Part shown: positions 15,001 through 31,227 of the stretch, piece by piece | How positions within the stretch are numbered: the first letter of the stretch is position 1 | Layout of the letters: every line of letters starts with the position of its first letter | Assembly: GCF_000150275.1 (NCBI RefSeq) | Contig: NW_002060953.1 | Span: 1,089,693-1,153,692, forward strand | Direction: 5' to 3' | Length of the DNA stretch: 64,000 nucleotides | From: Trichoplax adhaerens | Taxonomy: Eukaryota > Animalia > Placozoa | Program-made: the position numbers and the translations under genes | The notes under the pieces: generated by a model | What the model saw: only the letters and a program-made list of their open reading frames with translations | Databases searched by the model: none | Told to the model about the DNA's origin: nothing

Positions 15001-18000
15001 TCGAATCAGAAAAGATATTAAAACTAGGTGAAGCAGCAGCTGCTGCAGCTATTGGCGAAGATGAGAAAGCAATTAGGCTAATTGCCATATCTAAAGCTAA
15101 TGCAGCTAAAAAAGCCGCAGAAGCTAGAGCAGCTTTTACACTGATGCAGGCAGAAGCTGAAGTCAAAAAAGCGAACGGTTTAGCGAGAGCGGCTACCAAA
15201 AATGCGGCAACAGAAATTGAGACTATTGAGGCGAAAATGTTAAAGAATACCGCAGAAGCTCATTCAAATTGTATCCAAGATGTAGCAGAAGCTAAGGCAT
15301 CCCGTGCGATCTTACAGGGTAATGTCGAAGGTCAAGAATTTCATGCTATAGCTGATGCGGAAATAGTTCTACTGAAACTTAAAGCGGGTGATATAGCTGA
15401 AGATGAGTGTAGAGAATACAAAACAGAAGCAGAAAAGATCAAAGTTAGCAATAAAGTTAATAAATTATCTACAATTACAAATGAAGATATCCGCGTATCC
15501 GACACTATTGCAAAGTCAAAGGCCGAAGAAATTACGAAGACTGCTGTAGAAAAGGCTCTAGCAGCTAGATCTAAAGCACAATGGATGGCGGCTGAAGCAA
15601 GACGTAAAGGAGAACAAGAGCAAGCCGAAGAAAAATCAAAAGACGGTGAATTGGAAGCAATTAAGTTAAATGCTGAAGGCGAGGCAGAAGCTGTAATTCT
15701 ACTAGCTGAAGGTGAAGCGGAGGCTGCTGAATACAGTTCAGAATGCGATGCAGCGACTGCTCTAGCAAAAGCTAACTTTAGAGCTGAAGAAGCCAAACTA
15801 TATGGTGATGTGGAGAGAGCGATAGAGATTAATAAAGAAGCTGCTGATGATGCTCTTAAATTTAGAGCTGCAGGTAAAGCCAAAGCAATACGTATCAGGA
15901 TCGAAAGTAAAGCACTAGCTGCCATGATAAAATCTGAGGCAGAAGCTGAAATTGCTAGAATGGTAAATGATGAAGAGAAAGCCGAGGAATTGATTGCTGA
16001 TGGATTAGTTGAAGTAGAGTTAATAAAATGTGAAGGTGAAGTTGCTGCTGAAAGGCTTCTTGCTGATGCTGATGTTGCCATATTGCGGAAGAAAGGCCTA
16101 GAAGCAGAAGCGGTCACCTTAATAGCTGAGAAGGAAGCACTTATTGCTCGAATAATTGCTGAAACTGAATCTAGAATTGCAGCTATTCGAGGTAATAAAG
16201 AACGCGCTAAGAAGATCATTGCTAAGAATGAACAGTCATCTAAAATGGTTTTCACTATTGGTGATATCGCTGCTAAAAATTATCGAATGCGACAAGGCGT
16301 ATTTAGGCCTAAGCCAGGTCCAAAAGGTGGTCGATTAAATGATATCGGTAACAAAGATTACTTTTCTCGTGATGGTCAACGTAAACTCGGTCCACCGTTT
16401 AATGATAGAGGAATTGGCGATATAGGCACTAAGGCTTATCGATTAAGGGATGGAGATAAGCAAGACAATCTTTATAAACATAGAGATCATGATCTACTTG
16501 ACATTGGAACAAAATTATATCGATTCCGTGAAGCTATCGCAGTGAAAAAAGCTGCTCCGCGGATCTCAGTTGATGACCGAATTAAATTAGCTCAACAAAG
16601 ATTAATAGAGTTAGAAATGAAGCGACAAGAACACGCTGAACGAAAGCGTGTCCAGAGAGAAGAGCGAATTAAAAATCTAGATGCTCATAAGCGAGGTTAT
16701 AAATAATTATAATTTGCTGTTATTCTTAGCTTGTTAAAAGGTTATTGAATGGTTATATTGCTAATATTTACTTGTAGGGTATAATACTTATTTATGTATT
16801 GATTAATTTTTACTTCTTATCAATTTCTAATCATTTATAATTTATTTATAGCGATGCGCTTAAAGTATAAGAAGAGAATAGTTAAGAAACCCCCGGAAAA
16901 GTTACAGCCTACCCTACCACCGACAGCGAATGATATGGAGAAATTGATGAAGCAACGAAGACTATCTAGGAGATTATCCAAACCTAAGTTGATTAAGGAA
17001 AAGACGGAAGTAATTGTTCCCGAAGAGCCACCTAAAGAGCCTGAAGTTGTTGAGGAAGAAGTCAAGGTTGAAGGTAATTTTTGATCTAAGCGGGTAGTAA
17101 TTCGTATTAAAATTATACTACAAATTCCTTCTGTTACATTTTGTAAAATGAATCGTAATTATACTTACTACAATTTAATCGTCTACAGAAAAAGATGAGA
17201 AGGCAGAGGAAGCAAAGAGAATGGCTGAGGAGGCCGAAGCCGCTCGCAAACTAGCAGAAAAAGCAGCTATTGAAGCAGGTATATATTTAACGAATTTTAA
17301 TTTAAGTAATGTAATTATAAAAGATTTCAATCTAATGTTTTAGTTAGAGCAATTAAATGAAAGAATTAATTAAATGGTATAATGGTCAAATATATTGAAA
17401 ATTGAAATTGTAAACGATTATGTTAATCTTAAGTGTTATAAAATGGCACTAGTTGATCGAATTTCGAATAAGGTGTGTATTTTAATTTCAATAGCTAGTG
17501 AAAAAGAGAAAGAAGAAGCAGAGGAAGTTCTTAAAGTGGCTGACTCTCAAGCTCGAGCGCAGAAAAATAAAGCCCTTCGAGCTAATCTCGCATCTGCCGT
17601 CTCTGCTCGCGATAGAGTAAAGATTGAAATCGCCATTGAAGAAGTCACACCACTTGTTGAAGAAATCCCAGAAGTAAAGGAAGAGATAGATGACGCTACG
17701 AAGCTTTACAAACGTTTGACTGGGCAACATTTGGTCGATGTTGCTATTGAAACCCGGAAAATGCCCGATGTAGAAAAAGCTGTCATTTACGTTAAAAAGG
17801 AAGGCTTAGAGGAATTTATTGGTGAAAAATTCGATTATGTTTCCAACGTTTATGGTCGATTGAAACGGTTGGAAAAGATGCGACAAGAAGTTGTCAACTT
17901 AAAGCAGACGAACGTTGCTGAAATTCGTAGTTATCAGAATCCTCATCCTTCAGTCCGCAATATTATGATTGCAACTCACATATTATTGGGACACACTGAA

Positions 18001-18410
18001 AAAGAGGTTCGTAATTGGAAAGTTATGCAGGCTTTGATTGGTAAAACTGGCAAGCAAGGATTAAAAAGACGTGTCGATGATTGCGATACCGATAATATTC
18101 CTCTTCAAGCAGCAAAGAAAGCGCAATCTCTCATTAAAGGATTAGATGTTGATTCTGTTCGTGATATTAGCGGTGGAGCTGGTGTTTTCTTTGGTTGGGT
18201 ATGTATAAAATGTTTATAAATGTATACGAATTAATTATACCTATAGAAATATCTTAAAGATGTTTTGAAGTCTCTATTTATGCATCATTTATAAACTCTG
18301 CATTATTATTAGAGTTAATCAACATTAGAACTTACTATTATTGCTGTAAAATAATTTAGGTCCAAGGTACTGCCGAAGTGGTATTTACAAGGGAAGAGAA
18401 AATTGGTTAA
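3..18410 (+). CDS. Giant (>5,900 aa, 5'-incomplete) Ala/Glu/Lys-rich alpha-helical repeat protein with C-terminal dynein MTBD-like domain
   Basis: Frame is open from the window start; the TTG at 12 is not a real start. Hand-spliced exons with GT-AG sites and consistent phases: <3-16695, 16852-17073, 17189-17278, 17495-18198, 18360-18410 (ends ...FFGW|VQGTAEVVFTREEKIG*). This model joins ORF-track entries 12..16706, 16854..17084 and 17395..18219. Confidence 0.9.
17899..18410 (+). other. Dynein heavy-chain stalk-head (microtubule-binding domain)-like region
   Basis: LKQTNVAEIRSYQNPHPSVRNIMIATHILLG...NWKVMQALI...DCDTDNIP...LDVDSVRDISGGAGVFFGWVQG follows the dynein MTBD pattern L.K..L.E(I/V)(R/K)S...PP..V......C.LLG....W.......F....I.......V...S.A...L..W(V/A). 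Recognised by eye, no HMM run. Confidence 0.7.
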
Positions 18411-20379
18411 TACCACTTAGCCATTTATGACAGGATCATATTAAAATTGTCGGTAATACTTATATCATCAACGCTCTAGTTGGATTGTATCTTAATCGTT
18501 ACCATATTGTCCATGTCATAAAATTTATTATACTCATATGAACGTTATAAGTGATGTGTGTGTAATATGTTTAATTTCCATTCCTAGTTCAGAATAAGAA
18601 CTATAGCATAGATGATTTGCTATGGAATGCTAAGTCATTTAAATTTTACTTATGTACGTAATGACAGTCTAACCCTCGATACCGAATATTGATTTAAAAT
18701 TTAATTTCAAACCTTATTAATTATTTCTTACTTGCTCTTTATTGCTTTACGCGTATAATAATTAAATCGAACGATCGATACTAAAAGTACTAGTATCTGA
18801 ATAACAGGATTCGACAAATCCCAATTATGGACTGCTCTTAGTTTATAAGCAAAAAAAGTTTAACATCATTCTTTTTTGTTTTGAAATTAATATTAATCTT
18901 CTATATTTCCGATAAAAATTGCATGCCTATTTTTGTATGATTGAAAATACTTTTGATAAAGCATTTGGTAAAAATACTAGCTATTATATTTTGTAGTTAT
19001 GATATCCTAGGTGAAACTTTAACTCCCTATTGCCTTGGTATCTTGGTATAGAATAATGTACATCAGTTTGATATTAAAATAAAAATAACAAAAAATCAAG
19101 TATACCTAAAGAATTATCCCTTACTTTTGCTTTGTTTATTCAGTATAAACTAAATTTAAAGCTATACTATACTTGATACTTGAAATAGTCGTTAAAATGT
19201 TGCTAGAATGATGTTAACCGGTACAAAAATAACATTTCGAGTTACCTACCCTTTCGAATGCTATAAGTTTGTACGAGCGTAGAATCTGTATAAATTATTC
19301 AATTTTTACGTAACTAACGCAATTAGTAACCTATATTTAGTCTACATTTCTTGTAACCAGCTCGGCTGCAATCAGTAAACATTCGTCTGACTCTTCCAGT
19401 GTGACGTTTGCATTAATAATAATTAAATATTAAGTTGCAGTAGCAACAAGTCACTATTGATTCTGAGGTTAGAGTAATAACTTGGCTTCAATCGGGCTAA
19501 GGAATCCGATAATACAATATCACTAAGAAATCGTTTTAGTCAATGTAATAGTTTATCGCTATATATATACACTGTACACGAGTATATATTACAGGCAGTA
19601 AACGTTCCAAGATGTATTTTAACAACATCCAAAATGAGCTATACTTTAATTAAGCATTCAGCTAAGGCTGAGGGCAGTTAATTATTCCAAACTTCACGAT
19701 AAATCATTTACAATGACCCTGAGGACATACAGACATACACGACTTTTATACACGTGAAGTAGGTTAACGAAGTTTACAAAATGAACATAAGTTTTTAGCG
19801 TACTATGCGGAATTTAGTAAGTACAAAAGGTTAGATTCATCATACGAAATAAAGATAATTATTAATAAAATGAGCTAAAATAACTAGATAGGACGGATCA
19901 TATTAATAATAATTAAATTATAGGAGTGTTTTACAAGAGATATAGTTGAAATTGATATACTGTAAAGAAAAACTGTTATTAGATAATGGTAAAATGAATG
20001 AATACATGGAACAAGTAAAGAACACATCATTGAGTAGACTGGAGAATCACATAAATTATTATAGCACATGATGCAATTTTTACACTGAATCAGATATACG
20101 CAACATTTACAAATGTAGTATTGGCAAAATGACCTATTCCATTGCAAAGATCTCTTCCCTTCACAAATTTAAAGCAGCATGATGAAATAATCACGTAAAG
20201 AATCAAGACGAAACAATTTAAATACCAGAATATGACAAGCAAATTTGGAAAAAATCAGGTTAATGTAATTTGAAATGAAAAAAAATCTACAAAGAAAGCT
20301 CGATCATGTAAGTATACCACCATTACTAACATACTATTAATTCAACTAGGGAACTGTAGATACTGAATATTATTCAATT

Positions 20380-24774
<4,395 letters not shown>

Positions 24775-27151
24775 TAATCGATTCCAATTAGCAGGATTCT
24801 ATTGCTAAGAGTTCCAATATGGAGGAGAGAAAATTTTCCAACAACAAGCTTGATCAACGACTGACTGACCACCACAAGCCATTCAATGGTGTTGAAGTCA
24901 CTAGCTCCCAAGTCATTTTATATGGTGTAAAATAGATGTCGTATATCAATTATACAATATACTATGAATTAGGCCTAGTTTATGACATCTACTTTACACG
25001 GATGCGTACTATACCCACACTTGGTCCAAGGACTTGTATGGTCAGCGCAGTAGGTTTTCCTTCTCATACTGAACACTGGTGCTACGCACCAGTTTACGAC
25101 TGTAGGCTGCCATACTGTCCAATGTCCAGTTGTCCATAGTGCTGCATCATGATCTTTCTCGACCTTGAGAACCGTGGGGACGGACGGACAAGGTGGAAAT
25201 CGCTCATTGCATACTGTGCTGGACACATTGTAAAGGTCATTATACTGTAACCGTTGAATAACAGTACTGTTTGTGCACTACCCAGAAAGCTCATTCAAAG
25301 CTTCATTCAAGTCATTCCAATGGTGTAAAGTCAGTCAAGATTGTGTAAAATAGATGTCGCATACAACCTCTACGCTATACTATTTAATAATGCGTAGTTT
25401 ACGACATCTACTTTACACACAAGGGTACTATACCTACACTTGGTCCATGGACTTGAACGGTATGAGCAATAGGTTTCCTTCTCTTACTGAAGACTGGTGC
25501 GTAGCACCAGTTTACGACTGCATGCTACCATACTGTCCAATGTCCAATTGTCCATAGGGTTGCGAAAGGCCTTAAGAACCGTTGGACGGACGGACAATGA
25601 TGAAAATCCCATAATGATCTTTCTCGACCTTGAGAACCATGGGGACGGACGGACAGAGGTGGCAATCGCTCATTGTATACAGAGTTGGACACATTGTAAA
25701 GGTCATTATACTGTAACCGTTGAATAACAGTACTGTTTGTGCACTACCTAATGGACTTGAACGGTATGAGCAATAGATTTCCTTCTCTTACTGAAGACTG
25801 GTGCGTAGCACCAGTTTACGACTGCATGCTACCATACTGTCCAATGTCCAATTGTCCATAGGGTTGCGAAAGACCTTAAGAACCTTTGGACGGACGGACA
25901 ATGATGAAAATCCCCATAGCATACTGTACTCTACACTCGTCTACAGGTCTGCATACTGTAACGCTTGAATGACAGCACTGTTTGTGCACTACCCAGAAAG
26001 CTCATTTAAAGCTTCATTCAAGTTATTCAATAGTGTTCAGTCGGTCTAGATTGTGTAAAATAGATGTCGTATAGAAGCTATACGCTACACAATTAATAAT
26101 GCCTAGTTTGCGACATCTGCTTTACACACAGCCTTACTATAGCTACACTTGGTCGTTGGACTTGTACGGTAGACGCAGTAGCTTAGCCTTCTCCTACTGA
26201 ACACTGGAGCCTAGCACCAGTTTACGACTGTATGCTACCATCCTGTCCAATGTCCAATCGTCCATAGCACTACAGAAGAACTTCCCCGACCTTGAGAACC
26301 ATGCGGACGGACGGACAATGGTGAAAGATCACCTATAGCCCCCTGTACTGTAAATGTCCCTATACTGTAAGACTTGAATGACAGTACTGTTTGTGCACTA
26401 CGGAGGAAGCTGCTCACGCAGCCATCAAGACTTCGATGGAAAGCTGTTTCTTTTACCTCTTTCATCCTTCCATCGGGACTACTTGTACTATTCCTTGTGT
26501 TCCTGATATAGTCAGGAAAAGAGAGAGATGGTGACGCAGTGCCAAAATAGGCAGACTTATCCTCATATTTCGAGTCATTCTACCGCTAAAAATCCTATGT
26601 CAGCTTCTTGGAATAACATGGATGGACATTGGATAGTATAGTGTATGGTTATGGACATACGGTACAGTTCAAATGACCAGTAAAATAATCGCCCTACACG
26701 ATTTAACTTAACTGTATGGCCATGTTCTGTCCGTCTGTAAACCCGTCGGTTACGCCTTATGGCATGGAACTCATACAGAAAGAGGCAAACGAGAAAATTA
26801 CTATGGTTTAGTATCGCCTAACAGATACTACTTGCGCTACGTATTCTTCGTCATCCAGCAGTACGACTACTGCAGCTGAGGTTGCTTTCGACCGACCTCA
26901 CTACCCGTTCATGAGGAAATTGCAACATTGCATATCCGAAGCTTCAAGATAGACAGTAAATTCTCTAGAAATAAAGCATCCATTGCATATCTCAATCAAT
27001 ATAACGCGTTCAGCAAAAGGCATTGAAGGGATAGCTTGCATTTGCAATTTGGTAATATCAGGATACTGTGGTTGCAAACACAATAAAACCACTACCTAGC
27101 CCATTGGCTCTCAGCAAGTCGATCGATCATCTCTATCGTTGCTCTTCCATC
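24775..27151. promoter_or_regulatory. Divergent (head-to-head) intergenic region, probable shared promoter region of AMMECR1 and CLNS1A
   Basis: Start codons at 24774 (minus) and 27152 (plus) point away from each other 2.4 kb apart. No TSS is visible from sequence alone. Confidence 0.5.
24880..26420. repeat. Complex tandem repeat (~420-bp unit, one copy with an internal ~300-bp duplication) between AMMECR1 and CLNS1A
   Basis: gtgtaaaatagatgtcg recurs at ~24925, ~25343 and ~26053. The actggtgc-NNN-gcaccagt hairpin, tactgtccaatgtcca, ggacggacggac and cagtactgtttgtgcacta recur in each unit. Confidence 0.88.
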
Positions 27152-29914
27152 ATGATTGTTTTAACCCAGGTCGCTATACCCACTGAGAATGTCTTCTGCA
27201 AGCAAGAAAATTGCAAAGCTGTCCTCAATCACCAAGACTATGGTACAGGTACCTTATACATTGCTGCAAGGTAACTAGCCATGATTTAGCCATCATGTCA
27301 TTCTAGTGGACACGATATTGACGAGTAATGTTTAATCGATCCTGCACTTCATGATGCTGATCGTGAATGAATGCAAACTATCTTGCGATTGTTCAATATC
27401 CATACTAATACTGTAATGATTATTAACTACCAGCATGTTAACATGGTCCAACAACGAAGGTAATGGATTGAATCTGGAATACCCTTCCATCTCGCTCCAT
27501 GGTGTATCGAAAGATTTGAGCGTTTATCCTCATCCATGCATTTACTGCATGCTTGATTTACAATTGAAGGGTAAGCGTAGAAATAGCAATGCGTACAGAC
27601 TCAGATGTTGCAATACTGTAGCATGCAATAACCTGAGATTAATCTTGATGTTGATAGACCAGATCAAAGTACGACTCTTTTATCACTTCATTTTACCACT
27701 AGCTTACAACTTCGACAATTCTATACAATCTATTCAAATGGTTAGAATTACTAAACTCATATCTAAAGATTGCAATAGCATGGCTCAAGTTAGCAAGAGA
27801 TTATAATTTATGCTTGTGGATGAGATCAAAGTACGACTCTTTCATCCCTTCATTTTTTCACTAGCTTGCAATTTCGACAATTCTATACAATCTCTTTAAA
27901 TGGTTAGAATTACTAAACTCATATCTAAAGATTGCAATAGCACGGCTCAAGTTAACAAGAGATTATAATTTATGCTTGTGGATGAGATCAAAGTACGACT
28001 CTTTCATGCCTTCATTTTCCCACTAGCTTACAATTTCGACAATTCTATACAATCTCTTCAAATGGTTAGAATTACTAAACTCATATCTGAACATTGCAAT
28101 AGCATAACTCAAGTTAACAAGAGATTATAATTTATGCTTGTGGATGAGATCAAAATGCGACTCTTTATCCATTAATTTACCTCTAGCCTGCAACTTAGAC
28201 AATTCTGTACAATCTTTTCAAACAAACAGCTAAAACTACTGTACAGTACTGATATCTGTAAGATCGCAATAGCATGCAACAAGCTAACAAGAGATTATCA
28301 TCATGTTAATAGACTAGATAAAAGTACGGCTCTTGATCCCTTAATTGTACTACTAGCTTGCAATTTAGACAATTCTATTCAATCTCTTCAAATAGTTAGA
28401 ACTTTAGCACTAACGTCAGTAACATTACAGTAGCATGCAAACAAGAGATTATCATTTGTATTTATGGATTAGATCAAAGTACGACTCTTTATCCATTAAT
28501 TTACCCCTTGCTTGCAACTTAGACAATTCTATACAATATGTTCAAACAGTTAAAACTGCTGTACTGATATCTGCAAGATTGCACTAGTATGCAACAACCC
28601 AATAGAGGAAATTCATCTTCATGCTCATAAAACAGATAAAATACCACTCTTTATCCTTAATTTTAGCTCTAGCTTGCAATTAAGATAATTCTATACAAAT
28701 ATTAAAAATGATTACTGCTGTACCACTATCCTAGATTATAGGTCTTAACATTGCTGTGTTGAAATTTAGCAACAATAATCATGCTCAGTAACTTATTCCT
28801 ACTAACGATGTATATTGCCTTTTGCTAACATATCTATATGATAGATGAAAATGGAGACGAGCAGTCTGTCGGCGAACTCATCCTTGCCCCAGAAGATGAA
28901 GCATCATGTAAGCACATCGTACTAATCATTATTAATGTTGTCTCAAGTAATACATAAATTGATCCACGTGCCGTCAATAACGTCTAGAAAGATTTTTTTG
29001 GGATATTACCATTTCAATACATACAGCAAATAACTATAGTATTTTTATAAAGCATTATACTAGGTAGATTTCATGTGCGATTGTAAAAATTCTAATATCA
29101 AACGTTGTCAGCTTTACATAATAATACTGTATATATACTGGGTATGAAAGAGAATTTTCCTATTGCATTCACTACCTAACTGTAATCTTACTATTATACA
29201 CATAACATAGTGGAAGATATTTATAACGCCATAGCAGATTGCCAAGCTTTACATCCAGATGATGAAGATGAGGATTTGGAAGATGGTATGTAGCTTAGTT
29301 TGTATCTATACCATTTAACTAATATAAGCGTACATTATACCTCAAATGAAAAGCCCTAAATATTTATTTAATAACAGTCGAAGAAGAAGATGAAGATATA
29401 AATGAGGTATGCAAATAATGTATAGTCAAGTTATAAAATTATGATACAATACTACAGTAGTGTTATTGTGGTATAGTTTTCACTACCTCAGGGACATATC
29501 TCTATTGATAGTATTATAGCGTTAGTGTTGTTCGTGTGTAGGCTCATTTCACGATCTTGTTTTTATATCGTTTGTAGGAAGGAAATGGGACTAGTTCGGT
29601 AGATATGCCAAGTCAGCAAGAATTTCAACACATGATTGAAGATCAATCCACTTGTGAGTAGCCTATCATAATACTTGCTACTAATGATTGTAAGCAAGAT
29701 CAATAATAATTCTGCATTGTCGGAAAAATTAATAAGGGAGCTCTCGTTAACCGTCGGTGTGATGATAGTTATAGAACACCCTAAAGGAATTTTGTTAACT
29801 AAAGTGCTGTATATTTATATTTTTACAGCTGGCTATCAAGATGGAAATATGGTCTCCACAGAGCAATCAAATCAAAATAATGATGGTCAATTTGATGATG
29901 CTGATGACCATTAG
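27152..29914 (+). CDS. CLNS1A: Methylosome subunit pICln (chloride nucleotide-sensitive channel 1A)
   Basis: Exons 27152-27270, 27434-27570, 28845-28907, 29211-29285, 29378-29406, 29578-29653, 29829-29914, all GT-AG and in phase. Motifs GTGTLYIA, LEYPSISLHGVSKD, PCIYCM, IYNAIADCQALHPD, an acidic tract and C-terminal GQFDDADDH* match pICln. Confidence 0.95.
27600..28720. repeat. Tandem repeat, ~162-bp unit, ~7 copies, in CLNS1A intron 2
   Basis: gatcaaagtacgactcttt...ctagcttgcaatttcgacaattctatacaatct recurs near 27662, 27824, 27987, 28148, 28317, 28472 and 28635. Confidence 0.9.
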
Positions 29915-31227
29915 CGATTCGATATGCCGGAAATCGGATAAACACTCGAAACGTGTTGATGTAAATTTAAAGATATTGACACCTTGACTGTATAATAATA
30001 TCGAAAACTGGTAAACACTATGGATAGAACTAAAACTTTAGTTTTATAGCACGATTAGTATATTAAGAATTGAGGTAAAAGCTTTCGATAATTAATGATG
30101 ACTCGATTTCACTTTGTAACAAATAACTAATAAAAGAGTTCGATGGAGCACTTTTCTTCTGTAATAATGCAAACGTCATTTTTATGTGATCAGAAATAAA
30201 ATATTTTAATGCAAATATCGGTAATAGAAAATTTTCAACAATGATCCAGTTTATCACTCATTAGGTGATAATATTTAAAAAACATATGATTCGACAACCA
30301 CCGCCAAATATAATAATGATTTACAGATACTACGATGTTTCTGGTGTTACAGCTATAGTATATAATAATGGCATAATATCTAATATCGTCAGTGAACAAA
30401 GTCTACATCCTGGACATCAGGGATGCAGGAATAAAAGATAAACCTGTAAACGAGAACTCTTAGATCAATGATTACTATAATTACCAGAATAAAATGATCA
30501 CCCTAAGCTATTATTGAATTATGTGGAGAATAATGCAATTGCAAGTTATCGATTGAATTTTTATTACTACATGATACTTACATGCTACCTATGTACGCGT
30601 ATTCATATCAGCTAACAATCTATACCACATATTGAAAGCCATCATGCATAACTGAAACTTTGCTATTACTGATTCACTTTTCTGCCATGAAGGAAATACT
30701 ACTGATGATCGTAGTAAGAAAATTTATTTTTTATACTGTACGCGCATATCAACTGTCAAAATAATATAATCATACCATTGAGTCAAGGCACTGACTAACC
30801 ACTACAAAATATCAGCGATATTTTTGTACTGTACTTGGGTAAAAAATCGTGCCATGATATTAGCATTTGAAGGATATGCTTAGTTGTGTTTATATGAAAG
30901 TTATTTGAAATCATAAAAATACATCTTAACCTATTTATCATCCAGCATGAAACAATCTTAAATCTTAGTGTGATCTTTATCTTACATTCTATAATTTTAA
31001 TCCAACCCTTCGGCTTTAAATCGTATTATAAGTTATGACATAGAATTGATTAAAGAAATTAACAAGTATTAAACAAATAGTAGTCAATTAGACAATATAT
31101 ATCATCTTGTCGCTGATCTCTTATGTTGCCGCAAATATCCTGGTTAAATTGATTTACTGGATTGGCTTCATAAACGATCTAGATTTTCATCCTTTAGTCA
31201 TCTTTGTTTTCATTATGACTAATCTTC

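Noticed and set aside
671-16255. Many antisense and alternative-frame ORFs within the giant exon (e.g. 15341..16255, 304 aa)
   Set aside because: Shadow ORFs produced by GCT/GAA/AAA-biased codons; Ser/Ala/Leu/Phe-rich with no independent coding signal.
12-16706. Giant ORF as a complete single-exon gene, or as myosin/TolA/phage tape-measure protein
   Set aside because: The frame is open upstream of the TTG, an in-phase donor at 16695 precedes the stop, and the context is spliced eukaryotic DNA. Similarity to those proteins would be compositional only.
24936-26465. Cys-containing short ORFs (HWCYAPVYDC...)
   Set aside because: They derive from the intergenic repeat; frames and stops are not conserved between copies.
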